A stretch of DNA of 64,000 nucleotides from Eledone cirrhosa (Eukaryota), in contig OZ024740.1 in assembly GCA_964016885.1 (NCBI GenBank), positions 43,648,001 through 43,712,000 of the forward strand, read 5' to 3'. Under the pieces are notes generated by a model. The model was given only the letters and a program-made list of their open reading frames with translations. It ran no database searches and had not been told where the DNA came from. Positions 35,128-46,929 of the stretch are shown here, piece by piece. How positions within the stretch are numbered: position 1 is the first letter of the stretch; each line of letters begins with the position of its first letter. A program made the translations under genes and the position numbers.

Positions 35128-38100
35128 CTACAGGCGCATGATCAGAGTAGGCCCACTCACGCGGGCCATTCTCGCCACATTCACCCACCTTTCAGTAAAT
35201 GTACTGGGGGGCAGCACTTCTCTCTCCACCCTCACCTTCCTTTCCAAGTGAAACTTGAAGAAGTTGATGAGGGATTGGCCGAAGAGAAAAGTGTCTGTCT
35301 TCAGTCCTTTCAACCTGGTCCACCATGCAACCTCTTTCGCTACTGCCACCAGGCAGAGGAAAATTGCCTGCCCTTCCTGACCAAAAGAAGGCGGCGGGTC
35401 AATCTTCACTATGGACTCGGACGATAGCCGGATCCGTTCTACACGCGACAATAGCTGTTCGACATAACCCCACAAGTCAGCAATGCACGGACACTGGACG
35501 AGTGCGTGCAGAACGGTTTCGTCGCTCTGCGCGCATCTCGGGCAGGTTCGTCTGACAGCACTTCCGTGCCTGTAGAGTTTATCCCGAACCGGCAGCGCCC
35601 CCCGGTAGCACTGCCAAGCGAGGGATTTCTGGAAGTTATCCATCGTCCCCGGCTCGAAAGTCCTCCGGAACATACTGGTCAGTTCTACTTCGTTGACGCC
35701 CAGAGCCTCTCCTAGTACGTCATCGCACTTGCCCTCCACTAATCCTCTATAGAAATCTTGAGTGGAAGTTCCACTGACCGCATTGCCCACCTTGCAGAGT
35801 GCAGTGAGCGCCTGGCAACATTCCAGATGCCAGTCGCCCAGTCTCGGTCTCTTCTTGACCCAGGACTGCAGCTCAGTCAAAGAGATGAGCTGCGGAAAGG
35901 CCCGTCTAACAAACGGCGACCACACCTGTTCACCGTTTAGGCAAAATATCTGGAGATGTCGCAGCCTCAGCGCATGTCTGCGCATCATTAGCCACGGCAT
36001 GCCCAGCCCTCCACGAAGAGGGTGCTGGCAGCAGATGGACCGCCTCACCAACGGGACCCGTCCCCTCCACAAAAATTTGAAAAGGAGCCGTTCCAAATTG
36101 GCGAGGCGTGGACGGGGGCAAGGCACGACGGTCAGGCGGTAGTAGATGACGGACGCGATGTACGCGTTCGCCACCTCCGCCCGCCCTTTCAGTGATAGCT
36201 TTCTCTCAGCCCATTTCTGGGTGAGGTTGGCTATCCTGCTCGTCACCTCGTCCCAATTCTTATCCACCTGGAGGTCTGGTCCGAACCAAACCCCGAGCAA
36301 CTTTACCGGTCCGTCTGTCCAGCGACCAACGACGCTGTTGGACGGCATGGACTTGCCTCTCCAGGTGCCGAGCTGCAAGCCCACCGACTTTTCCGGGTTA
36401 AGTTTTGCTCACGTCAACCTTTCATATTCCTCCAAATGGGTGCGGATCACCTCGATTTCCGAGGTGACCGACACCATCACGGTGATGTCGTCCGCATAAG
36501 CGGACGCAGCCTTTCTGCGTCCCGGTTCGAGCGGGATGCCCTGCAACAACTCCAGCTTCCGCAGTAGAGGCTCAAGAGTCAATACGTACAGAAGTGAGGA
36601 GAGAGGGCACCCTTGACGGACCGATCGAGAGATCTGAAACGGTTCCGAGAGGTGGCCATTAACTTTGACCACCGAGCGGATGCCGCTGTACATTGCAGCG
36701 ATCCAGCTTCTGAAGACGGGGCCGAAGCCAGCCGCCTCGAGGACAGCCTCCAAGTACCGATGGTCGACCCTATCGAATGCTTTCGATTGATCTAAATTGA
36801 TCAGAGCCCCACCGAAGCCAGGTTTGCACCCAACCCTCTCTATGATGTATCGCATGAGGTGGAGGTTGTCGTGTATGGACCTGGTCGGGATTGCGCAAGT
36901 TTGCGCCTCCCCAACCAAATCTTTGACGACAAGCGCCAACCTTTTCGCTAACACCTTGGCCAAAATCTTAAACTCTGTGTTGAGCAGGGTTATGGGCCTG
37001 AAATTATCTAGTGTGTCCCTCTTGTTCTCGTCTTTCCTTATCAGCGTCACTACGCCACGGCTCACAGAACTGGGAATGCTCCCGTTCTGCTGCCAGTTGC
37101 AGTAGAGCGCTTCGAGGAGATCGGAGAACAAGTCTGGCATATTTACGTAAAGCTCGTAGGGCAGACCATCCAAACCGGGTGACTTGCGACTCGAGCAGCC
37201 GACAAGGGCGTCCTGAATTTCGACTGATGTTATCGGCTCTTCGCAGCGCTCAGCGTCGGCCGTCGAGAGGCGTGGCAAGCCGTCGAGGTAGGGACTGAAG
37301 TCCGCCGCCGTCTCCGACTCACCCATCCTCCCGAACAATCGAGCAAAGTGCTGGCGAAAAGCCTCACACATCTGCTTGGAATCGCTCAGTTCGTGTCCAT
37401 CTCGATCCGTCAAAGACCGAATTGTGGTTTTATTTCCACGCTGCGTCTCTGCAAAGCGAGCCCATCGGGCAGCTTTGGTTCCCTCGTTCCTCAGAGCACG
37501 CGCCTTAGCTCTGACAATGCAACCTTCGTGTTTCGCATTGAAGAAATGGTCTAGTGCCATTCTCGCCGCTAGCACGTCTGTTGCAATGCCACTACAAATA
37601 GCCTCGTCTAACTTAGCTATCAGCCCCTCCTCCTTTCTATTTTTCTCTATTGCTACTTCTTTGCTAAATCCTATCGAGGTTGCTCTAATCTCTCTTTTGA
37701 GTGCCCCCCACCACCTGTTGTTGACAACCCCCCCTGTCAACTTTTGCTTAACTAAGTTGTTGACCCGGTCCCTGTAAGCTTTACGTGCCGGAAACGACAT
37801 GTTTAGCTTCCAGTAGCTAGGTCCTAACCTACGTGTCTTATCTAGGTCGACCATACAGATCACAAGCTTGTGATCTGAATAGGCAACCGTTTTAAAATGT
37901 GGACATCCTACACTATTTCTATCTCTTTTCCTAATGAAAATCCTATCTATGTACGATCTAGATGACCCTATGCGATTGGTCCAGGTCCATACTGGCGCAT
38001 TAGGGAAATCTAGTCGGTACCTGTCAGACAGTTGAAACTGGCTGATCAGGTACTTGAGGCTTTTGCACCCCCCGCTCCTATCAGATACTCCCACACAATC

Positions 38101-38547
38101 CCAGCGTGCTTCTAAGATGCCATTCCAATCCCCTATTAACAGTAAAGGGCGAGACGTAAGCAGAAAGTTTTCCAGGCGCCTAAAGAAGTCCGGCCGACCG
38201 GCCCCAGTAGGGGCGTAGACGGCCACCAGTCTAAAGGCACCACCTTCGCTATTGCTCACGTCCAGGACCACCAACTTTCCGTCAGGATCCCGGAAGATTG
38301 ACCTTACCTCGAGATCCAGACATTTCCTAAACAGCACAGCCACTCCACCTCCCATTCCCGGCCGACTAACAGATGCAAAGATCTGATAATCGTCGAAAAT
38401 CGGCGCCAGTGCGCGTGTGTCGGAAATTCTGGTCTCGCTGATGGCAATTACATCCATTCCTAGTGACCTGAGGTCGTTGAGCAAGTGACCTTGCTTCCAG
38501 GGCGACCCCAGGCCACGAACATTTAAACTTCCTACTCTTATGGCCAT
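35128..38547 (-). pseudogene. ORF2 with a single nonsense change (GGA>TGA at 36409-36411)
   Basis: 712-aa and 418-aa pieces in the same frame; comparison with the intact copy. Confidence 0.93.
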
Positions 38548-38576
38548 GCTGGCAGGATGAATGGGAGAGGAAAGGT

Positions 38577-40486
38577 TTACTTACCTTCCGGGGTCTTGTG
38601 AAGGTCGGGTGGTTCGACCTCCATGGTTTGTGGGGTTTCTTTTGGGAACCCCTTTAATAGTCTTGACGTGGGTTTTACGTTCGGGGTTCCCACATCCCGA
38701 GGAAAGCTCTTTCGAATTTCTTTGTATGAAGCGAGCGACATTCGCATCAGAAGCAAATTATCTGGTACGCGAAATGTGCTCGCTTCAAATGTTTCCCCGT
38801 CTTTTTCGATGTTTGTGCTTCGTGCTACATGGGCCATCAATTCCTTGTTGGCCCTTCTGGCAAGCACGAAGTTTTTAATGTTTTGTTGCTCGGGTTTTAT
38901 TTGTTCGTGTGATTGTGGTGGTGATAGCTTTGTTAGTGTTGTTTCTATTGTGTCTGCGTTTGTTGTGGGTGGGGTGTCTGTAGTTTCTGATGTTTGTGTG
39001 TCTATTTGTTCTTGTGTCTGTTTAGCTTGTTTGCGTTTGGGGGATTTTGGTGGTTGTGTTGGTGATGCTGTGGGGAAAATGTTTGTGTGGGTGATGTGTG
39101 TATTTTTTTTTGTGGGGGTGTCTGTGCTTTGTGGATTTCTTTTTTTTTGTGTTTTGTTTTTTGTATTTTGGGGGACTTTGGTTTTCCCTCATCTTCACTG
39201 CTGGAGGATGAGGGGTCTGTGGCTGTGAGCGTGTTTGTGTCTGAGTGAGTGTTTATGTTCTTGTTCGTGTGTGTATTTTGGGGGGGAGGGGGAATGGGAG
39301 AGCTTTCCTCGTTTCCCCCCTGGGTGTGCAATTTTGGTGGTTCCATTGTTGACGGTGTTGCTGGTGGTCCTTGTCCCGGCGTCGCCAGCAGTGGAATCTT
39401 TCGACCCCTTGCGCTTTTCGGCAGTTGAGGGCAGAAGGCTCGCAAGTGTGTCGTTTCCCCACAAAGGAAACAATGCGGCCTTTTGCCCTCAGTCATTATA
39501 TGCAACACCCTCCCGTTTTGGAGGCGGATGTGGTCCGGGATTGCTTTTACGTTTTCGGGTCTGATTTGGAGCAGTATCTCCAGATCAACCCCGGACCAGT
39601 CGTCCCTGGCAGTTCTCGTTGCCTCTACCGGGACTGTATCCGTTCCTTCCACGATTACGCAACCCAGGAGCCACCACATATCAAGTCCTGGTGGAATCCT
39701 GGGAATGCGCACACGTGCTATTCGTTTTCCCATGTGGGAGGGGTACATTATAACCTTGCTGGTTTTGCAAGGGGTCATTGAATGCTTCACAGCGAGGGCT
39801 TCAGACTTGAACAGCACCGAAACGGTGCCGTATTGCCTGCCCCTCTCTATGAAGTCTGTGTCCTCTCTGATGTATTTCAGTGCGGCTTCTATGTCAGCTT
39901 GGGCGATTATCGCTGCCCTCTTTGTCTCTACTGAGATGCATCTGAAATGCACCGTTCTTTTTTCCACTGCCTCAATGGCTTCTGCCGGGACAGTTAAGTT
40001 TGCCCAGGTCTGCTCTTGATTTATGATTTTCCAGGCCTGGGCCAACTTTTCCTCTCTGTTGGTTAAGTCGATGCTGTAGCATGGTCTCCTTTTAGCCGCT
40101 GCCACAGCAGCGAAGGTGTTCTTGTTGGTGTTGTCACTGTTGTTGTTCTTGTTGGTGTTGCTGCTGCTATTGCTGTTGTTGTTCTCCCCTGTGTCGTGGT
40201 TACCCTCTGTGTTGTTGGCCTTGTTGGTGCTGTTGCTGTCGCTACTATTACTCTCTGTGCTGTTCGTTTTGTTGGTGCTCTCGCTATTACCACCTTCTGC
40301 GCTGTTCGGCTTGTTGGTGTTGGTGTTGTCGCTGTTACCACCTTCCGCGCCGCTCGGCCCGTTGGTGCTGGCACTGTCGCTGCTCACATTCGTGCTGGTG
40401 GCGCTCCTCACCTCACCTCTCCTCTCAACGCTCAAGTCGCCGTTGCACGACAGCAGACCCGCCTCTAGGGGGCGTGGCTCCGCCAT
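38577..40486 (-). CDS. ORF1p of A1 copy b, same A9 frame break (39140-39148)
   Basis: Near-identical to 13753-15662. Confidence 0.85.
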
Positions 40487-40721
40487 GTTTTTTTGAGAAA
40501 AAATTTTTTTTTTTTTCAAAATAAAGTTCAAATATTTGGGCCAAAAGGCCCAAATATTATGAGTTATTCCTTCACAGGATACAAATTAATGTCTTATAAT
40601 GCTTCAGCGGTACAAAAAATAAACAATTCTCTACAATTAATCCTCAAAAATTGCTTACTCACGGAGCTTCAAAAAACGTACATCCACTTTCGTCAATAAT
40701 AATAATAATAATAATAATAAT

Positions 40722-43700
40722 GATTTCATTTATTGGCCACAAGGTCCGACATATAGGGGACAATACAAAAGACTGGGACAGTGGAGTTTTACAGAAAAAT
40801 CGAATAACAATATGAATAAACAAAGTAACAATAACAAAGTAATAAAAAAGTAACAAGAAAATTACAACAAGAAAAAATTCCCCAATAGGAGGGATGACCA
40901 CCTAGGGTTCGCTCAGGTACCCCACCAGTCCTGAACGACCCGACGCTTTGAGAGCACCCTGGAAGGGCACCCCTCTCCTCTTCAAATTTACCTACCTGCA
41001 GCCGCATGACCAGAGTAGGCCCACTCACACGGGCCATTCTCGCCACATTCACCCACCTTTCAGCAAATGTACTGGGGAGCAGCACTTCTCGCTCCACCCT
41101 CACCTTCCTTTCCAAGTGAAACTTGAAAAAGTTGATGAGGGATTGGCCGAAGAGAAAAGTGTCTGTCTTCAGTCCTTTCAACCTAGTCCACCATACAACC
41201 TCTTTCGCTACTGCCACCAGACAGAGGAAAATTGCCTGCCCTTCCTGGCCAAAAGAAGGCGGCGGGTCGATCTTCACTATGGACTCGGCCGATAGCCGGA
41301 TCCGTTCTATACGCGACAACAGCTGTTCAACATAACTCCACAAGTCAGTAATGCACGGATACTGGGCGAGTGCGTGCAAAACGGTTTCGTCGCTCTGCGC
41401 GCATCTCGGACAGGTACGTCTGACAGCACTTCCGTGCCTGTAGAGTTTATCTCGAGCCGGCAGTGACCTCCGGTAGCACTGCCAAGCGAGGGATTTTTGG
41501 AAATTATCCATCGTCCCCGGCTCGAAAGTCCTCCGGTACAGACTGGTTAGTTCGACTTCGTTGACACCCAGAGCCTCTCCGAGCGCGTCGTCGCACTTGC
41601 CCACCACTAATCCTCTATAGAACTCGAGAGTGGAAGTTCCACTGACCGCATTGCCCGCCTGGTAGAGGGCAGTGATTGCCTGGCAACATTCCAGATGCCA
41701 GTCACCCAGTCTCGGTCTCTTCTTGACCCAGGACTGCAACTCAGTCAAAGAAACGAGCTGCGGAAAGGCCCGTCTGACAAACGGCGACCACACCTGTTTA
41801 CCGTTTAGGCAGAATATCTGGAGATGCTGCAACCTCCGCGCGTGCCTGCGCGTCATTAGCCACGGCATGCCCAGCCCTCCACGTAGAGGGTGCTGGCAGC
41901 AGATGGACCGCCAAAACAGCGGAACCTGAGCCCTCCACAAGAATTTGAAGAGGAGCCGCTCCAAGATGGCGAGGCGCGAACGGGGGCAAGGGACGACGGT
42001 CAGACGGTAGTAGATGACGGACGCGATGTACGCGTTCGCCACATCCGCCCGACCTTTCAGTGATAGCTTCATCCCAGCCCATTTCTGGGTGAGACTGGCT
42101 ACCCTGCCCGTCACCTCGTCCCAATTCTTATCCACCTGGAGTTCTGGCCCGAACAAAACCCCTAGCAACATTCCCGGTCCGTCCTTCCAGCGCCTAACGA
42201 CGCTGTTGGACGGCATGGACTTGCCTCTGCAGGTGCTGCGTTGCAAGCCTACTGACTTTTCCGGGTTAAGTTTTGCTCCTGTCAACCTTTCATATTCCTC
42301 CAATAAGTTGCCGACCACCCCGATTTCTGAAGTGTCCGACACCATCACGGTGATATCGTTCGCATAAGCCGACACAGCCTTTCCGCATCCCGGTTCGAGC
42401 GGGATGCCCTACAACAGCTCCAGCTTCCGCAGTAAAGGCTCGAGAGTCAATACGTACAGAAGGGAGGAGAGAGGGCACCCTAGACGGACCGATCGGGAGT
42501 CCTGAAACGGTTCCGAGAGGTGGCCATTAATTTTGACCATCGAGCAGGTGCCGCTGTGCATCGCAGCGATCCAGCTTCTGAGGACAGCTTCCAGGTACCG
42601 ATGGTCGACCCTATCGAATGCTTTCGATGGATCTAAATTGATCAGAGCCCCACCGAAGCCAGGTTTACACCCTAACCTCTCTATGATGTATCGCATTAGG
42701 TGGAGGTTGTCGTGTATGGACCTGGTTGGGACTGCGCAAGTTTGCGCCTCCCCAACCAAATCCCTGACGACAAGCGCCAACTACATCGCTAACACCCTGG
42801 CCAAAATCTTAAACTCTGTGTTGAGCAGAGTTATGGGCCTGAAATTATCTAATGTGTCCCTCTTGTTCTCGTCTTTCCTCATCAGCGTCACTACGCCCCG
42901 GCTCACAGAACTGGGAATACTCCCGTTTTGCTGCCAGTTGCAGCAGAGGAGATTGGAGAACAAGTCTGGCATATTTACGTAAAGCTCGTAGGGCAGACCA
43001 TCCAAACCGGGTGACTTGCGCCTCATGCAGCCTACAAGGGCATCCTGAATCTCGGCTGAAGTAATTGGCCTTTTGAAGCGCCCAGCGTCAGCCGTCGAGG
43101 GTTGCGGCAAGCCATCGAGGTAGGGACTGAAGTCCGCCACCATCTCTGACCCGCCACTTCCCCCGAACAACCGAGCAAAATGTTGGCGAAAGGCCTCACA
43201 CATACTCTCGGAATCGCTCAGCTCGTGCCCGTCTCGGTCCGTGAAAGACCTAATCGTGGTTTTATTACCACGCTGCGCCTCTGCCACGCGGGTCCATCGA
43301 ACAGCTTTGGTTCCCTTGTTTCTCAGAGCACGCGCCTTAGCCCTGACTATGCAACCTTCGTGTTTCGCATTGAAGAAATTGTCTAATGCCATTCTCGCCG
43401 CTAGCACATCAGTTGCAATTCCACTACCAATTGCCTCGTCTAACTTATCTACCAACTCCCCCTCCTTTCTATTTTTCTCTAATGCTACTTCTTTGCTAAA
43501 CTCTATCGACATTACTCTAATCTCTCTTTTGAGAGCCCCCCACAATCTATTGTTAACGACTCCCCCTGCCAACCTTTTCTTAAGTAAATTGTTTACCTGG
43601 TCCCTGTAAGCCTTACATGCCGGAAATGACATGTTTATCTTCCAGTAACCAGGTTCTAACCTACGCGTCTTATCTAGGTCGACCATACAGATCACAAACT

Positions 43701-46669
43701 TGTGATCTGAATAGGCGACCGTTTCAAAACGTTGACAGCTTACACTATTTCTGTCTATTTTCCTAATGAATATCCTGTCTATATACTATCTAGATTACCC
43801 TATGCGGTTAGCCGAGGTCCACACTGGCGCATTAGGGAAATCTAGTCGATACCTGTCAGACAGTTGGAACTGGCTGATCAGGTTCTTGAGGCTTTTGCAC
43901 CCCCCCCCCCCCCGCTCCTATCGGATACTCCCACACAGACCCAGCGTGCGTCTAAGATGCCGTTCCAATCCCCCGCTAACAGTAAAGGGCGAGACGTACC
44001 CAGAAAGGCTTCCAGGCGTCTAAAGAAGTCCGGCCGTCCTGCCCCAGTAGGAGCATAGACGGCCACCAGTCTAACGGCACCACCTTCATTATTGTTCACG
44101 TCCCGGAAGATCGACCTTACGTCGAGACCCAGGCCTTTCCTAAACAGCACTGTCAGCCATTTTCATATGTCACATCCATTTCTATAGACCTGAGGTCGTT
44201 GAGCAGATGACCCTGCTTCCAGGACGATCCCAGGCCTCGAACATTTAAACATCCTACTCTTAATACGGCCATGTTGGCAGGTTAAACAGAGAGAGAGGAA
44301 GGTTTACTTACCTTCCGGGCTCTTGTGAAGGTCGGGTTTTTCGACTTCCATAGTTAGTGGTTGTTTCTTTTGGGAACCCCTTTAAAAGTCTTGAAGTTCG
44401 AGGTTCCCACGTCCCGAGGAAAGCTGTCTCGTATTTCTTTGAATATGTCGAGCGACATTCGCACCAGGACCAAATCTTCCGGCACGCGAAATGTGCTCGA
44501 TTTAAAAATTTCCCCCTCTTTTTGTATATTTTCACTTCGTGCTACGAGGGCCATCAGTTCCTTGTTGGCCCTCCTGACGAGCATGAAGTTTTGTATGTTT
44601 TGTTGGTGTGATTTTATTTGTTTGCGTGGCTGTGGTAGTGACGGTTTTGGTGGTGTTGTTTCGGTTGTGTCTGTGTTTGTTGTGAGTATGGTGTCTGTGG
44701 TTTCAGATGTTTGTGTGTATTTGTTCTTGCGTCTGCTTCGGTTGTTTGCGTTTGGGGGACTCAGGGGATGGTGATGGTGGTGTTGATGTTGGTGTTATTG
44801 GAGAGATGTTTGCGTGGGTGGTGTCTACGTTTTTTATTGTGGGTGCATTTGTGCTTTGTTGAGTTTTTTTTTTCTTTTTGTGTTTCCTTTTTTGGATTTT
44901 GGTGGATTTTGGATTTCCCTCATCTTCACTACTGGTAGATGAGGGGTCTGTGTCTGTAAGTGTGTCTGTATGTATGTTTAAGGTTTTATTGGTGTGTGTA
45001 TTTTGGGGGGAGGGGGAATTTGACAGCTTTCCTCGTTTTCCCCCTGGGTGGTCAATGTTGGTGGTGGTCTTTCTATTGGTGTTGTTGTTGGTGGTTTTGC
45101 CGGTGCAGGTGTTGGTTGTGATTCTCGCCCCGGCGTCGGCAGCAGTGGAGCCTTTCGACCTCTTGCCTCTTTCAGCAGTTGAGGGCAGAAGGCTCGCAAA
45201 TGGGTTTTTACCCCACAAACAAAACACTGCGGCCTTTTGCTTTCGGTCATAATGTGAATGACAGTCCCATTCTGAAGTCGGATGTGGTCTGGGATTGTCT
45301 TCACATTCTCGGGCCTGATCTGGAGAAGGATCTCCAGGTCAACCCCGAACCAGTCCTCTCTGGCCGTTCTGGTCACTTCTATAGGGACTGTATCCGTCCC
45401 CTCCACAATCACACATCCCAGAAGCCACCACATGTCAAGTCCTGATGGGATTCTGGGAATGCGGAGACGGGCCGTTCTTTTTCCCATGTGGGAGGGGTAC
45501 ATTATGACCTTGCTGGTTTTGCAAGGAGTCATGGCGTGTTTCATCGCGAGCGCTTCTGACTTGATCAACACCGAAATGGTGCCGTACTGTCTGCCTCTCT
45601 CTATGTACTGGGTGTCTTCTCTGATGCACCTCAGCGCGACTTCGACATCTTCTTGTGGGATTAAAGCTGCCCTTTTGGTTTGTGCTGAGATGCATCTATA
45701 ATGCACCGTTTTGCGCTCCACTGCCTCAATAGCTTCTACCGGGACAGTTAAGTTGGCCCAAGTTTGCTCTTGCTTGATGAGCTTCCATGCCTCGGCCAAC
45801 TTTTCATCTTTGTTTGAGAGGTCCATGTTGAAGCATGGCCTCTTTTTTGCTGCTGCCGCAGCGAAAGTAGTCTTGTTTTCGTTGGGGGTGTTGTTGATGT
45901 TGTTCTTGTCGGTGTTGTTGTTATCACTGTCACTGTTATCATTGTTGTCTTTGCTGCCACCGTTGTTCTGGGTGCAGTTGGTATTGTTGCTGTTGGTGTT
46001 GTCGCTATTTGTTTTCATGTTAGTGGTGTTGATATTGTTGTTGTAATTGTTATTTTTTTTTTGTTATCTGTATTTTCGTTGTCGCTGTTACTGTCATTTT
46101 TTTTCAAATTAGAGTTCTTATTGGTATCATTGGTGTCTTTGTTTACCTTGTTTGTGGTGGTGTTTGTGTTATCAATGTGTGTTAATTTTGCTGTAGCGCT
46201 CCTCTCAACTTCTACGTCGTTGTCGCACGACAGCCGACATATCGCGTGGCGTGGCTCAGACATGTTTTTTTCTTCGTAAATTTTTTAACATGTAAAAAAA
46301 GTACAAATATTTGGGCCAAAAGGCCCAAATATTATACTTTCCCCTTCACGGGTCAAAGTCTAAGGGATATAAGCCCTTACACAACAAGAAATATTTAACA
46401 ACAAATAATTTAAACAGGCAAATAATTGTTTCTACTTTAGGCACAAGGCCAGCAATTATTCAGTGCATTACTGGTACTTTATTTTATCGACCCCGTAAGG
46501 ATGAAAGGCAAAGTCAACCTCGGCGGGATTTGAACTCAGATCGTAAAGGGACGTAACTATGCTGGAAAGCATGGCGTCCGACCCTCTACCGATACTGCCA
46601 ATCCACCGCCCTTTAAACAGGCAAATAATGCGACTTACTGTGAGCGAGTAAAATACGTCCGCTTAGACC
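40722..46669 (-). mobile_element. Full-length Tx1-clade element, lineage A2 copy b, degraded, SINE in 5' UTR
   Basis: ORF2 fragments within ~40995-44272 with small deletions; ORF1 fragments within ~44305-46263; (AAT)n flanks. Confidence 0.95.
46427..46611 (-). mobile_element. Full-length tRNA-derived SINE with 18-bp TSD
   Basis: A-box TGGCAGTATCGG; B-box GTTCAAATCC; central GCCTTTCATCCTTACGGGGTCGATAAAAT (MetaSINE-domain-like, from memory); TSD TTTAAACAGGCAAATAAT at 46409-46426 and 46612-46629. Confidence 0.93.
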
Positions 46670-46929
46670 AATAATAATAATAATAATTCCCCCATTACCT
46701 TCTGTTAACTTAAGAAAGGGGAAGGTGGCGGTATCACTAGACAAGGGAGAGGCTAGCAAAAGATATAAATAGATTGACTTAGTGACCCGGCCACCAGCCA
46801 AACGTCAACAACTATGGCACTGCTGGCTCCCCCCTTCCTCACCAACAATAGAAAAAGCCCCAGCACCACCACCGACATAGCCAACAACAATAACAGGCAA
46901 CTTCAGCAAAAAGTATATTATATTATTAA

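Larger units (their letters stand above)
34875..40694 (-). mobile_element. Full-length Tx1-clade element, lineage A1 copy b (near-identical to copy a)
   Basis: Colinear with 10044-15872 at an offset of ~24824 with few substitutions; (AAT)6 and (AAT)9 flanks. Confidence 0.97.

Noticed and set aside
46427-46611. tRNA gene
   Set aside because: A/B boxes are part of a multi-copy element with a tail and TSD, so it is a SINE.
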